A DNA stretch of 62,105 nucleotides, the filler included, from Ionaspis alba (taxonomy: Eukaryota), in assembly GCA_964255285.1 (NCBI GenBank). It is 13 parts of 13 records of this genome, joined end to end, with 100 filler letters (N's around TTAATTAATTAA, not from the genome) between each part and the next. Parts side by side here need not be neighbours in the genome. Positions count along the whole stretch, not along the records: positions 24,172 to 28,852 come from CAXUUL010001076.1; positions 28,953 to 33,623 come from CAXUUL010001077.1; positions 33,724 to 38,389 come from CAXUUL010001078.1; positions 38,490 to 43,153 come from CAXUUL010001079.1; 9 more parts are not named here. One strand, given 5' to 3'. Positions 25,924 to 38,656 of this stretch are shown one piece after another. The notes under the pieces were generated by a model, which made no database searches, was not told the DNA's origin, and worked only from the letters and a program-made list of their open reading frames with translations. A program made the translations under genes and the position numbers. Position 1 is the first letter of the stretch, and every line of letters begins with the position of its first letter.

Positions 25924-26731
25924 ATCTAGTTGTTGAATGATATTCGGGAGGTTGGCCAAGTTTCGAATGTGCAAGTGAGAAAAACATGATGGATACTTTC
26001 TATTTGGTCTAATGTCAAGATGAGGACTTCCCTGTCGGGGAATGGGTATCTTTGTTCATCCCTCTTCTTTGTTCTTTGTTATCCTAAGCATTCTCTGTCT
26101 CTTCACCTAGTACAATTGCATTGTTCTCTTTCAATATTTCTCCCTTTCCATTGTTCTTCACCTTTCCTCCTTCCAAGCTTCTTCTTCCAGTTCTTTATAT
26201 GTCCGTTTCCAGTTCCCCTTGTCTTCGCAGTTAGTATTTTCAGATGAGCTTGCCCATTGAGGAGATCCGCAACACTGTCAGTTTGGATAACGCATTGTGT
26301 TGCTCGATCGGTGTTGGGGCCGTCCCTATCGACGCGCATGACGTTGTATTCTCTCATTTTTTGGATCTACGGATTCTTTCTGTACCGTGAAGGATAACTT
26401 GCAGCCTTGTGGAAATCTGAAATCCGATGGCTAGCTTGAGGCCAAAAGCTCTATGCTGCGCTCCCCGGTACTCGAGTCTATCCACAACTTTCACCTGAGA
26501 TCTGTGCATGTCTCTCCCGACGGTGGCCTGACCAGAGTGAAATTACACTCAGGACTGGATGTGGAGGAGGCGGATTATACATATTAGCAGGCCTCAACGA
26601 TATCAAGTTTAGACCAAAAAGACACTATATATGTAGGCAATACAAGTACATTCGCGCAATCTTGGCGAAAATCTATTTGGGATGACCTAACATGTCTCAT
26701 GGAACTTGATTACAAAAAGCGAGTCAATCAT

Positions 26732-28679
26732 CTATTTCTTGGTTGGAAACATAGCAGAGAAACCCCAATACAAGAAGAAGGCGACCAGAAAGCCATAGAA
26801 ATATGAGAGATCATATAGATAATCCCACCCGCTACTATTAGAGATGCCGTGCACTTGTCTAGCCAGACCAGGTACAAGAGGAGCGCATCCGATTGCCCAT
26901 GCAACAAAGGCCCGCCAGTTGAATCCAAAGAAGTACCAGTAAGCGGAGGAGCTGCTGCCACGATAGAGATCATCAATCAGAAGCCCTTGTTTTTTCACAA
27001 GAAAGTAGTCGCTGAGAAGTATGCCCGTCATTGGACTTAGGAAGACAGACCAGGCAGAGACAACAGAAACGAACGTCGTTGCTTGAGTCACAAAATTCCA
27101 GGGACATATCGCAACGCCAATGATGGTTATGATATAGCTCCCGCGTCGTATGTTGATGTACTTGGGGCATAGTGCAGCGATGTCCATACCTGCTGCCATA
27201 GAATTGGTGACTATAGACAGGGCACACGCACTGGCGAGAAATCCCAGGCCGGCAAAGAAAGTGCCGGCTCGCACACCTGGACTCAAGGATCTGCTCTGGA
27301 TGGCAAGGAGGAGCTGGAACGGATTCCACAAGACTTCACCGTACATATCCGCCGTTGCAGATGTGACAAGGAGACCGCAGAGCGCAGTGATACATATGGC
27401 GATTGGAGCGGTAACGACTTGTCCGAATATCGCAGCGTTGGGGGTCTTCGCGTATCTTGTCCAATCTTTTCATTTGCCGAGTTAGTGATCAATCAAACTC
27501 GAAGCACATTGCTTAAGCAGTAGATCAATGGAGTCTCACCGGATTGACCGAGACAGCCAGTGCCGTAAACCCCGATGATGGCTTGAAGACCATAAACCGT
27601 GTTCCAGCTGAGTGTGTTTCCAGTTACAGAGATCCCAGTTTGGGCTAAGCGACCAGCACCGTGATTGGTGGTGACCGCCCAGATGAGCATTCCGAGCATT
27701 GTGCAGGTGATCCAAACGAAAGCAATCTATAAGAAGCTACCGGTTTGTGACGTGACCACGTAGATAAGAAGGTAGACTTACTCTGAATGGCATCTGTAGT
27801 CTTTCAGGAGGGATAAGTAGCATTGGAGCTGACCTGTCAGCTTCCGACATTTCGACTGAAAACAAACGAAGGTAGAATACTGACCAAAGAGAGCAAGAAA
27901 TATGAAAAAGCAGAACAGAGACGAAGTGTCAACGTTAGCAGAAAGCGGAAGCGTATTGGCCATGAACACAAATCTAGGACCGATGATTGCCCCGAGAATG
28001 ATTTTGACAGCTTGCCCTCTGAGGTACCAATAGGTCAGCATTTCCAATCACTGTTCGAAAAATGGTAAACATACCCCCAGTACATTTGAATACCCATCTG
28101 ATGACCAATCTGATTAGTACTGGAAGATTGGTAAATTCTTCAGAACAACCTACCCAAATACAAGCAGTGACGATCCTATTGAGAACGGGCCAGAACCCTC
28201 CTAACATGCCCCATGATCTATACACGGCAACCGTCAGCAATCTATATCTTCGAGCCTGGGACCAGGAAGCGAACCCTCGAGACAGGACCGTGAAGCCAAC
28301 ATAGTGATGCGAGCCAATCCACCCTCCGACGACAGCGAGAAGGCCAGCGATTAGAGAGGCTCCAACGATGACGGCCATAGCCTGTCCAACGCTCAATCCG
28401 AGAGCAAGAAGGCTTGCTGCCAGAGTCCAAGAGGTAGCATTGACACCTGATGCTTTGATATTAGAGACTGCTCAAAATATTGGGTGAGTATGATAGCTGA
28501 CCGGTGATGATCCAATAGCCTGCATACCCTTGCCAAGTCCACGTTCGTCGATTGTACGGGATCGGGATCAGATCTCGGTTGCACCAGAACGTGTTCTCGT
28601 AATCCGCATCCTCGTCCACGGGGCACTCCAACTTCTTTGCCCAATGTTGAGCTCGTTTTTCAGTCTGCTGGAACAGCAT
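26732..28679 (-). CDS. NCS1 family nucleobase permease (uracil/allantoin, Fur-type); multi-exon
   Basis: WCNRDLIPIPYNRRTWTW..Y..YWI...WNPFQLL...AGMDIAALCPKYINIRRG...CPWN..F...LSPMTGILLSDYF...GFNWRA. Confidence 0.92.
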
Positions 28680-29840
28680 TGTTGGCTGTGGGACTGGTAG
28701 AAGTAGTGCTTGAGCAAGTAGATGATAGATTGGCTAACAAGAAAAAGAGAAGGAGGGACAGCATAGTTATGCAAATATTATATATTTGCTCCCCAGTTAA
28801 CCGGTCATGTGTGGCAACTGAGAGATAAGCTCATCGATCGGATCACTGTCACNNNNNNNNNNNNNNNNNNNNNNNNNNNNNNNNNNNNNNNNNNNNTTAA
28901 TTAATTAANNNNNNNNNNNNNNNNNNNNNNNNNNNNNNNNNNNNNNNNNNNNCCAGTGTTCTCGCTTCCAGGGGTGGGGTCCGTGTGTTCCGTGTGTCTG
29001 CCCCCGGGGATGGTGCCGCAAGCTAGCAGGGCTAAAGTAAGAAGACAGAGGCTAGGCCGCTGCCATGTGCCATTGAAACCCATATCAGCCATCACCTATC
29101 ACTAGCGTAGAACATGACAAGCTTGAACCATCCGTTCCCTCCCTGTTCCTCTCCGTCTGACTGCCTGGTGCGATGTGCCTTTTTCTACTCCTCCGCCTCC
29201 GCCCTTTGCCTGGTCTTGCCTGCCTGCCTTACGCTTTGCCGCTAGACGCACCCGCACTCCCTCTTGCTCAGATTGAACCATAACCCGTCTTCTCATTCTC
29301 CAACTACTGACCTCAGGCCAATCCACCCTTCACTACATCCATCCCATTCACCATCTTCGCCGCCTTCTTCCCCATCATCCATAATTGTCAGCCTCATCAT
29401 CCACCTCACCATCATCGAATCCACGTTTGCCTATCAGATTGCCTCGGCAAAGCCCTGCTCTTTCCCTGCGAAAGGGAGGGTCCACGCGCATCATCGGCAA
29501 CCACCGATCCACGCGGTGCCTCCACGCTCGACATAGGTATCCGTATCCGCCGCACATTCGATTCGCTTCCGCCCTCAGGAAAATCCTCCGACAGGTGAGA
29601 TCGCACTTGCCTTGCGCATCTATACGCGCCCGCGATACCCATCGAGCACCCCCAAAGTCCTGCGAATCGGCGCATTTGACCATCTAAGCCTCCCTCTCTA
29701 CGACTCTCTAGCATCCTTCCGTTCTTTATCCGCTGCTCCACAGTACGCAACACTACTGCGACATAGTTGTGGAAGCAAACAACCGCCATCGCGACGTCCA
29801 CACTTACTCTCAAATTAGAACGACTGCCTCCTCGCACAAA

Positions 29841-32242
29841 ATGTACAACGCTCATCGTGGAATGGTGGCTGCGCCCAATAATCGCCTGACAGAATTACTC
29901 GACCAAGTTCGAGCAGAGTTCGATAATCAACAGAATCGAACGGGTGAATATGAGCAGCAAAGTGAGTTTGCCACCAGTTTTCCTGTGTTTGTAGTCTCAG
30001 GCTATGCATGTGGTCTCCCGTGTCTTGGGCGCGAAAGAATAAGATAATACTTCTATTCGCTCAACTTCTCTTCCTTGTCGGGCATTTCTAGACACAACAT
30101 ACTGGCTGGTAGAACTCAACAACACTGGACATGATGGAAAGCAAATCGCGCAGGGGCTGGATCGCTGACGTGGATCATCTAGTGGCTGCTCAGATGCAAG
30201 AGATGGAGATGGTCAGGCAAAAGGTTTATTCTCTAGAACAGACTCAGCACGCAATCAAACAAAGGTACCTCTACAATACTGGCTATGAGCTAGATCCAAT
30301 CCCTAACCAGACCGCAATACTGATTCGGCCAGATATGATGAAGAGATAGCTCGACTTCGACACGAGCTCGAGGCGCGTGGAGGCCCATCCTCTCACATGG
30401 GAGGCCTATCTCACTCCGGCCCTCCCCATCCCCAACCCCCGAATATAGGAAATGGACAGGGCACGCTGTTTGGTGGTATCATGGCGAACCCACCTGGCCA
30501 AGGAGGACCAGGACTTGCTCCTCCATCTCAAGACCAACAGCAACCGCAAGGGCCTCCTCCACACCAAATGCCACAAGCACAGCCGGGAGTTCAGCAAGCA
30601 CCACAGCCGCCTTTCGGTGGCTACGGTCAGCCTCAACCACTCAACAATGGTAAGTGCCAATAAGTGCTCTCCTGCCTAGTTCGGTCCGTTCGAAAGCCTG
30701 TCTCTAGCCTTCCAGGCTAAGCAAATGGTGACTATCAATTACTCATTGCTGACTAAGTTTTATCAGGTAATTATTCCCAACCTCCACCTCCGGCCGCTTC
30801 ACCTGGTCCGGCCAAGGGTCGACCAAATCGCGGTCCTCCTGGACCAGCCACGCCTCAACAGAACCAGCAGATTACCTACCCTGATCGATCTTCCCCACAA
30901 ATTCCAAGACCGACTCCTCTGCCCCATCAGTCGATCCGTGATGTAGGCAATGTGCTCGCAGATCTCAACCCGGACCTCTTGCCTGCGCACCAGAAACGCG
31001 AAGGCGAGGACTGGTTTGCAGTATTCAATCCGCGCGTCCAGCGGGTTCTAGATGTCAATCTAATGCACAACCTGCAGCATGAGAGCGTTGTCTGTTGTGT
31101 TAGGTTCAGCCAGGATGGTAGATATGTTGCAACAGGGTGCAATCGTTCGGCTCAAATTTTCGAGGTCTCCAGCGGTCGACAGGTACAGTGTCTGCAAGAC
31201 GACACGGTTGACAAGGACGGCGACCTGTACATTCGCAGTGTTTGTTTTAGTCCGGACGGAAAATATCTCGCCACTGGTGCCGAAGACAAACAGATTCGAG
31301 TAAGTTTTTTTTCATCCTCAAGCATTGTGCAGGTCTGACAAAACTGCTTTCCAGGTCTGGGATATTGCCACCAAGACAATCAAGAACACTTTTGCCGGTC
31401 ACGAGCAAGATATCTACTCTCTCGACTTCGCGCGTAACGGCAAATTCATTGCGTCCGGCAGTGGAGACCATACGGTCCGAATCTGGAACATAGAGGAAGG
31501 CCGAGAGGAATTGACGCTTCAGATCGAAGACGGTGTGACGACCGTGGCCATGTCTCCCGACGGGACCTATGTCGCAGCCGGCTCATTGGACAAGAGCGTA
31601 AGAGTCTGGGAGGCTCGCAACGGATATCTACACGAGCGACTTGACGGAATCGATGGTCACAAGGATAGTGTCTATTCCGTTGCCTTTGCACCCAACGGGA
31701 CACAGCTCGTCAGCGGCAGCTTGGACAGGACCATCAAAATGTGGGAATTGGGAGACCATCGGCCTACAATGGGACATCAGGCCCGAGGCGGGAAGTGCAT
31801 CCAGACTTTCGAAGGTCACAAGGTCGGTCTTGCTACATTTCTCTTATTACACCCTCGTGCGTGGACCCGGTGCTGATGAGGGGAACAGGACTTTGTGCTC
31901 AGTGTCGCACTGACTCCCGATGGGAAATGGGTGTTGAGTGGCTCTAAGGACAGAGGTGTGCAATTCTGGGATCCTCGGACCGGGGAGGTCCAGTTGATGC
32001 TTCAGGGTCACAAGAATTCTGGTATGCTATTCCGTCGCCCTAGTCATAACTGAGCTAATGACCCGGGATGCAGTGATCTCCGTAGCTCCCAGCCCTACCG
32101 GAGGACTCTTTGCAACGGGTAGTGGCGATATGCGTGCACGAATCTGGAAGTAAGTGGCAACTGTAGTTTGATCTCTATCTCCAAATCTCTTGGCTGACGA
32201 GTGTACGTCGACAGGTACGGAGGATGGGACGGACGACCATAA
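29841..32242 (+). CDS. TUP1: General transcriptional corepressor Tup1/RcoA/Rco-1 (Tup_N + WD40)
   Basis: [14 protein letters not shown]...[17 protein letters not shown]...DWFAVFNP...[25 protein letters not shown]...[22 protein letters not shown]...[11 protein letters not shown]...[13 protein letters not shown]. Confidence 0.97.
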
Positions 32243-33723
32243 AGTCATTGAGAAGGTTAGGTGTAGAGGAGGTTGGTATCGGTTGGCAGTACGGACGTGG
32301 GAAGGACTCCTCCATTCGTGCTTTAGAAGGATTGACTCACGAAAGGCGCCAAACAAAATTCTGACTGGGAGGATTGGGAGGTTACCAAGTCAATGTGGGG
32401 GAGCTCTAAGCAAATACTAAAGCATTTTTCATCCCGCCGATTCGAGGACTGACTGGGATCGTTTACATGAGTGGGCTTCGCTGCGATGTTTGAATGTATC
32501 TTCACGTTTTGGATCGAAATACGTTATCCTGATATTTATCTATCACGTTCAAGCTTGAGGTAACGTGTGCCTCGACGATAGTTCTGCAGACAGAGATGCC
32601 GTCCTCAACGAGTATTGCTGGAACGATCCCCGCTTCCCGCTTCCTGATCTTGTCAGCCACCGAGACGTGCAAGATAAAAGACCCGACGGAGGCGGGAAGC
32701 CTTCGTCGATCCGTCCATCTCGGATCTCATATATCTTCAACCTTTCCCCCTTCCACTCCTAGAGAATGGAAATGAACTGAGAAAACTGACCTTCTGTCAA
32801 CAAGTCTTCACAGCGGACCACGATTGACGCTTCAGGATCTGATCTTTAATATTCTTCTTTCTAAAAATTGCAAGGCTACCACGGTGCCTATCGGGCCGTT
32901 GAAAGCACCACCATCTGAGGCTATCCCGCTCGTAGTCCCTAGACGTGCTTTGACCCTTATCCCTGGAGAAACTACAATGGGTGGTCAGTATTTGGTAGCT
33001 TTACGCCCCTCTGACGCGAACTCTGCCCGCGATCAAAGCTCCCACATCGATTTCACCTCGAATCGCGCGGACCACCACGAGGATTTCTATTATCTCCTAC
33101 GTGCTGTCAATCCTGTCTCCGCTGTCGTGCCAGTGTCGGGCTGGTCGATTTGAGTACCGACCCTTGCAGATTCCTATCTCAATTGCAAATCTTGGTTGCC
33201 AGACTCTTCTGAGAGACTGATTGAATGGCGCTTCAACAATATCTCCACGGTCTATTGATGGTATTTCGCCGGTTGCCGGTGGCCGGTGGGATTTCGGTCT
33301 TCCAAAGTTGCACACCACCGCGATAAAACTCATGACTCTTGTCATCTGTCATCACTTACGTGGTTCATTTACAAGATTTGGACCACCAGCTCACTCAAAC
33401 TCCATTCCACCTAGGTAGGTGCATAACTCGACTACCCTGCCGCAGGACAGGACAGAAATCACGTCTTCAACTTGCCAATGAAGGGGGAGGTATCGAATTC
33501 TTATCTGCCTCAAGCCTCATTAATAATGATCCAACCCCATGAGCCAGCTGGATGGATGGTCCCCCACTCTTCCTACCCAAGCGGGCTACATCTCCCCCCA
33601 GAAGGGTGTCAGCGCACCCCACCNNNNNNNNNNNNNNNNNNNNNNNNNNNNNNNNNNNNNNNNNNNNTTAATTAATTAANNNNNNNNNNNNNNNNNNNNN
33701 NNNNNNNNNNNNNNNNNNNNNNN

Positions 33724-34458
33724 GGAGAGGTGCAGAGGGTGGGTGTGGGTTGTTGTTTCGAGGGTGGTGCTGGTCGTTGCGGTGAGCAGGTAGTCGATGC
33801 TGCCCAGGTGGCCGTGGGAGGTTGCGGGGAGGTGCCCCGGCAGGAGGTAGGAGAAGGGGAAGGTGTGGGTGCCTTTTGTGAGGGTTGTTGGGGCGGGTAG
33901 GAAGGTCCATTGGAAGAGTTCGTTTGTTTGTGTGGTGCAGGCGGGACAGTCTTTTGCGACGGGTTTTTTGGTCGTGACTTTGGCGATCAGTTGCATCGAG
34001 AAGGTTTGGAATTTCGAGGAGGGGTCCAGGACTGTGAGGGTTATTTGGCCGGAGAGGAGTGCGCCGGTGGAGTGTGCGGGTGTGCCGTAGAAGACTAGAG
34101 GTGGGGATTCGATGGCGATGGAGAGGGAGGCGGGTTTGGTAGCGGAGAGTTTCGGAGAGGATTTCGAGGAGGAGGAGGATGGTCGATTGCCATCGGTGGG
34201 GGTCATGGAACGGCGTTTCTCCTGCTTGTCTTTGTGGTGATGGTGGTGGAAGATGTCCATTGTGTTGCTGAGACGTCGTTGGGGGAGGATCAATCCACTG
34301 GAGGGTCTCTTGTGTTGTTGCGCATTGTTACTGCCGCTATTGCTGTTGTCGTTGTTTGATTGTTGTGATAATGATGGCGATGGCGGGGTGTGGGAAGTTT
34401 TGGAGGATTTGGATGATGAGGGCCAACCGAAACCGGCCAGGATGCTGCGACTTTGCAT
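33724..34458 (-). CDS. Arrestin-related trafficking adaptor (Ldb19/Art1-like); 5' fragment
   Basis: IESPPLVFYG...STGALLSGQ...TKKPV..DC..C...EL..W.F...HTFPFSYLLPGHLPATSHG.LG.IDY.L. Cut by the spacer. Confidence 0.85.
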
Positions 34459-34730
34459 GATGGGAAATCCGGGGAAATTTAGAGTAGTGAGCGACGTGAC
34501 GTGATTTGCCCAACTAATGATGCTGTGTCACCTTCACTTGTGAGATGGTGGTGGGGAGTGCAGTGGAGAGACTATTGGTGTTGGTCTTAAGGAGCATACA
34601 TTGATTTGTAGTATGTGTGTGTTGACAGAAGAGATGAAGTCCATGGGCAGCAGTAGTCTCTTTATTCATTCTGCAAATTTTTTCAATGTCTACAGTCATC
34701 ATCATGACCACTGCTGTACAGCAACTCTAC

Positions 34731-35435
34731 TCATCCATGGTCAGCAGTGCGCATTTCCAAATTTGAGTTGCCCTTACTCGAGTAAAATGCGCTGAATGGC
34801 CCAGATCGCCCCGCTTCCAAGGCTATACGCAGCGCTTCCAGGGGGCCACACCGAGCACAACAGAGCTTCCAGTGCGGTCCGGCTGACGGTTCCCAGAGGA
34901 CTCTAAACCCCTTCGAGGTTCCCATTACTCGACCAGAATTCCCTATACGCCCCTTTGCCCTTCCTTTCAGCTTGCTGACCCCAGTAGTTGGGTGGGATGT
35001 GAGTTGAGTATCTGCGCGGAGCAAACCACGGCCGTGGGACGAGGAGTGTGTGCAGGCAGTGTCTATATGTTCGTCGGTCTGGTGAACGGCTGTGTGGCTG
35101 CTGGGCCATTGTTGGTAGCCTGTCGTTGACGAGTCTGCTACCACGAGCCTGTATTCAAACGTGCGTGGGCTTGCGAGGCTCTGATGACTCAACAACATCT
35201 CTTGGCCTGAGTATGGCACTGCCGTTTGTGCGAGGCAATAACGATTGGTGTGGAGGTCTGAATAGGAGTTCGCCTGCTCCAATGCAGTCAGTGGTTGCAC
35301 TACATGGTGCAACCACGCGTAGGTATATGCTGCTGGGTTTGCTCCAGTTCGCCCGGATTGTTGTGGATTCTCCATCGCACGTGCCAGGCCTATTCGTTGA
35401 TGCCATGAGTTTACATACGGATCAGCTCTCAGCAT
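34731..35435 (-). CDS. Hypothetical ORF, no family recognised
   Basis: 234-codon ATG-initiated ORF and nothing else. May be spurious. Confidence 0.3.
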   Translation of the reverse strand: MLRADPYVNSWHQRIGLARAMENPQQSGRTGANPAAYTYAWLHHVVQPLTALEQANSYSDLHTNRYCLAQTAVPYSGQEMLLSHQSLASPRTFEYRLVVADSSTTGYQQWPSSHTAVHQTDEHIDTACTHSSSHGRGLLRADTQLTSHPTTGVSKLKGRAKGRIGNSGRVMGTSKGFRVLWEPSAGPHWKLCCARCGPLEALRIALEAGRSGPFSAFYSSKGNSNLEMRTADHG

Positions 35436-35783
35436 GGAGGCGGCAAGTATTCACATTTCAATTTCTTTGGTCATTGTTCTACGACATGTCTCCTCAATTC
35501 TATCACTTCGTGTCGAATAGCTATCACGTCAAGTGCCCAGCACATGGCGCCATCCTTACTGAAGAGCTCATCGTCCATAACTTCATTCTTTTCCTGTACT
35601 CAACCCACGCATGCGAGCGGCAAAGAAAACATCTCTGAAGAGTGCCTCCCCAGTACACCGGCCAGGCCCAAACCGCTCACCCCCGCTCGAAAAACTCATC
35701 ACTTCTGCAACCACATCCACAATCCCCGGCTTACGACGTCAAAAATTCCAGCTCTCGACATCCACTACTTTGGCATCCTCCCG

Positions 35784-36246
35784 TCAACCTTCGCGCCATC
35801 GCCTAGGCGTAGAGCCGCTCGCAGCATACTTCTGTCTATACGCCAACGCGCTTCCCTCCCCACTATAGTTTCTCGCGCTCGAAGTCTCCGATCCTCCTGC
35901 CACAGGCCCGCTTGTCGCACCCGTGCTGGAAGTCGACGGCTCTCCACTGGTAGAAGCCGTGGGAGGGTATGCCGCTGCTCCGGGATGGGGTTGGGGGTTA
36001 GAGCGCTCGCGAACAAAGCCTATTAGGTCCATGGAGGCTCCCATGCCGGATGGTGGTCGTGGATTTCCATAGGCGTCAATCGCTGATTGCCCCGGGGGGA
36101 TTCTGGAGGCTGTCGGGGCTGGCGTTTGTCCGGTGATGGAGCTTTGGGAGGTCGCCGGATGCGCTGCGTATGCTTGAGGTGATGACCGAACGCGTCCCTC
36201 GCCTCCAGTGCTGGGACCCCCTATTCCTCGGCCACTAGGTCCGGCG
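35784..36246 (-). CDS. Hypothetical S/G/P/T-rich protein; 3' fragment, 5' part in the 100-N gap
   Basis: Open for about 153 codons from the gap to the stop, with low-complexity protein-like composition. Confidence 0.4.
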
Positions 36247-36607
36247 NNNNNNNNNNNNNNNNNNNNNNNNNNNNNNNNNNNNNNNNNNNNNNNNNNNNNN
36301 NNNNNNNNNNNNNNNNNNNNNNNNNNNNNNNNNNNNNNNNNNNNNNTACATCGTTCCGAATTCACACAGGTAGATATCAAGAACATATCAAGAATGAGCA
36401 TGTCCAGCTGACCGATTAGCCGAGTTTGGGAGGACAAACATATCTTCTAATCAGCTCTATACTACTTTTGAATGATGACTTCTAAACTGAAACCCGTCAA
36501 CACCCGACACCCGCTTACTGTTCAAACATCATTCGCCAGATTCAGCATGCATGTGCACAAGATTCAAAATCTCCCCATTGATTCCTCGCCGCTACCGCAT
36601 TTCACTC

Positions 36608-37500
36608 TCATCCACGACCTCGCTGACCACGTCCTACTAGTCCACGTCCTCGCCCACGTCCTCGCCTTGGCGGCTCCGAACCGCTCATAGATTCCGATCC
36701 ACCAGATGAGCTCGGTTGGTACGACGACCCCGCTTCGGATGCTCGTGGATTAGTTTGAGTTCCGCTGGAGCTGTTCGTTGATCTATCCGTGGTGCTGACG
36801 TTCCTTGAGGAAAGCTGGCTGAGAGATATCGTGCGGTCAGGGTCGAATGAAGGGCTTGCTGTTACTGATGGCTGGGGCGCCCAGCCCGGCGATGGTTCGT
36901 GGGATCCGGGCACATCGAGGTCGGCGCTGTGAGGGACTCGGGAATGAGTAAGTGCCCGGGTGCCTGCTGCCGCCCGGCCTCTGCCCAGCTGCGTTGCGTT
37001 GCTAGAGTGGGTTGCACGTCCTCCGTTCGTGGACGAGCCGCTCGAGGAAAGTGCGGTTGGCCTGTTGCCGTTTCCCTATGACCCCTCGTCAGTCATTGCT
37101 GGCACTGAATATGTAATGACGGAACAGGTCGTACTAGTGTATTCCCGTTAGCAGGGTCGTTATGTGGTGAGATCAGTGTGGAATTCGCGTCGAACCACAA
37201 CCCACAAGGGCATCGCTCGACGTTGACAGGATTTGGGTGATTGCGGCGGCAGTTCCATGGTAGATGTGGAATTGCTCCGGATCGAGAGTTTTGAGGATTT
37301 AATCTAGCCACAGTTTGTTGGTAGCATGGACAACATCTGTGATGTGAGCACCTGTAGCAATCTTTCCGTGACACCGGGAATGGATCGTGCTTTTTGCACT
37401 CATGACATGACCAGTGTTGTAGACTATCGAACCATGAATCATGGAAGTTGTCATAATCCCTACGATAGGTTGCCTGCTGAGATATTGGGTTGCCTTCCAT
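36608..37500 (-). CDS. Hypothetical Cys-rich (zinc-ribbon-like) protein with S/T/G-rich linker and RG-rich C-terminus
   Basis: Exon 1 MEGNP...WSCHEC..CYRCSHHRCCPC...WNC..CPC. A 59-nt phase-0 intron at 37076-37134 (GTACGA..CTGAC..TAG) joins it in frame to exon 2, which ends PRRGRGRGRGLVGRGQRGRG*. Confidence 0.6.
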
Positions 37501-38489
37501 ATCGTTGATCGTGATTTGCCGTTTGGATTTGTGGCCCACCAAAATAGATGAGGACTTCCGGAAAGCTTGAGGAAGAAGGTAGTGGATCAAGCTGGTATCT
37601 ACAGAGGGAGGACCAGCTCTCCTTCTTATAGACTGGTCCAAAGGTAAACCCGGGGTTGAAATGCCACGGCACATCCTAGGTGTATTAATCGCTATAATGA
37701 ATAGTTCAAATATCCTTAGGGATCTTCAGGGAATATGAAAGATACGCAAGTCATCAAGCACAAACTCTGGAGTGACCGAACATTCACGTACAAATCCAGA
37801 GAACGGCGCTTCGAATGCCAACAGAATGAACATCATGTCTATACTCAGCACACATAGCCAAGATAGTAACTTTTTGGTGGACAGATATTAGACACAATTT
37901 GATGCAGTATGAAGCATCATTGAAGCTTTCACAGAATCGAGGGAGTTCGGCCCCCATGTGCCTGAGGTCGCGGTTGAGAGCCTACATCCCATCGCAAACA
38001 TGAATAACCAGTGCTGCAACAATGAAGCCGAGCAAGATACATGGTCGATATTTGGTGAATGCAGAACTCGAGGTCAGCCGCTCAAAAGTTACCTCGTCTT
38101 AAGGCTCTAGAACAGCGCAAAAAGCAAGAACAAAGAGTAAAGATAGAGAGTGCCTCTGTCCAGTCGTTCTGGACTGTCCATATTCTCATCTTCCCCTGAC
38201 AACATCGAGACAGCAAGCAATAGAAGTTTGGAGTTATCCCATGTCATGTAATAACATATCTCAAGCTCCAATTGTAGGAATTAGGTGCTGGGGGGTGGTG
38301 GGCGGGGGAGTGTCACGTGACCACGCTGGTGGCTTACTATAACAACTTTCGCTTAGACTAGTAATCAATCAGCTTGGAATACTACAGCANNNNNNNNNNN
38401 NNNNNNNNNNNNNNNNNNNNNNNNNNNNNNNNNTTAATTAATTAANNNNNNNNNNNNNNNNNNNNNNNNNNNNNNNNNNNNNNNNNNNN

Positions 38490-38656
38490 CAGACTTGCGT
38501 TGAGGTGGTTCTGCTGGCGATTTCTTTTCGAAGAGTTGAAAAGGCTTCGGAGGCATTGAGGGCATTGATGTCGCTTTGCCGTAGTTTGAAGGGTGAGGTG
38601 CGAAGTTGTTCGGTGTGCGACAAGGAGATGTTGAGTGGCCGGTTGTTGGTTGACAT
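38490..38656 (-). CDS. 5' fragment of an unidentified gene
   Basis: gccaaaATG context and an open frame up to the spacer (MSTNNRPLNISLSH...). Product not recognised. Confidence 0.35.

Noticed and set aside
12432..28679. Allantoate-family MFS plus NCS1 permease as a nitrogen-scavenging cluster
   Set aside because: They are on different contigs separated by artificial spacers.
30129..30170. Possible box C/D snoRNA in TUP1 intron 1 (ATGATGG...CTGA)
   Set aside because: Box C is imperfect, the span is too short, and the CTGA is the intron branch site.
38311..38321. GTCACGTGAC palindrome with a G-rich tract
   Set aside because: Plausible bHLH promoter site, but its gene lies beyond the spacer and it cannot be assigned.
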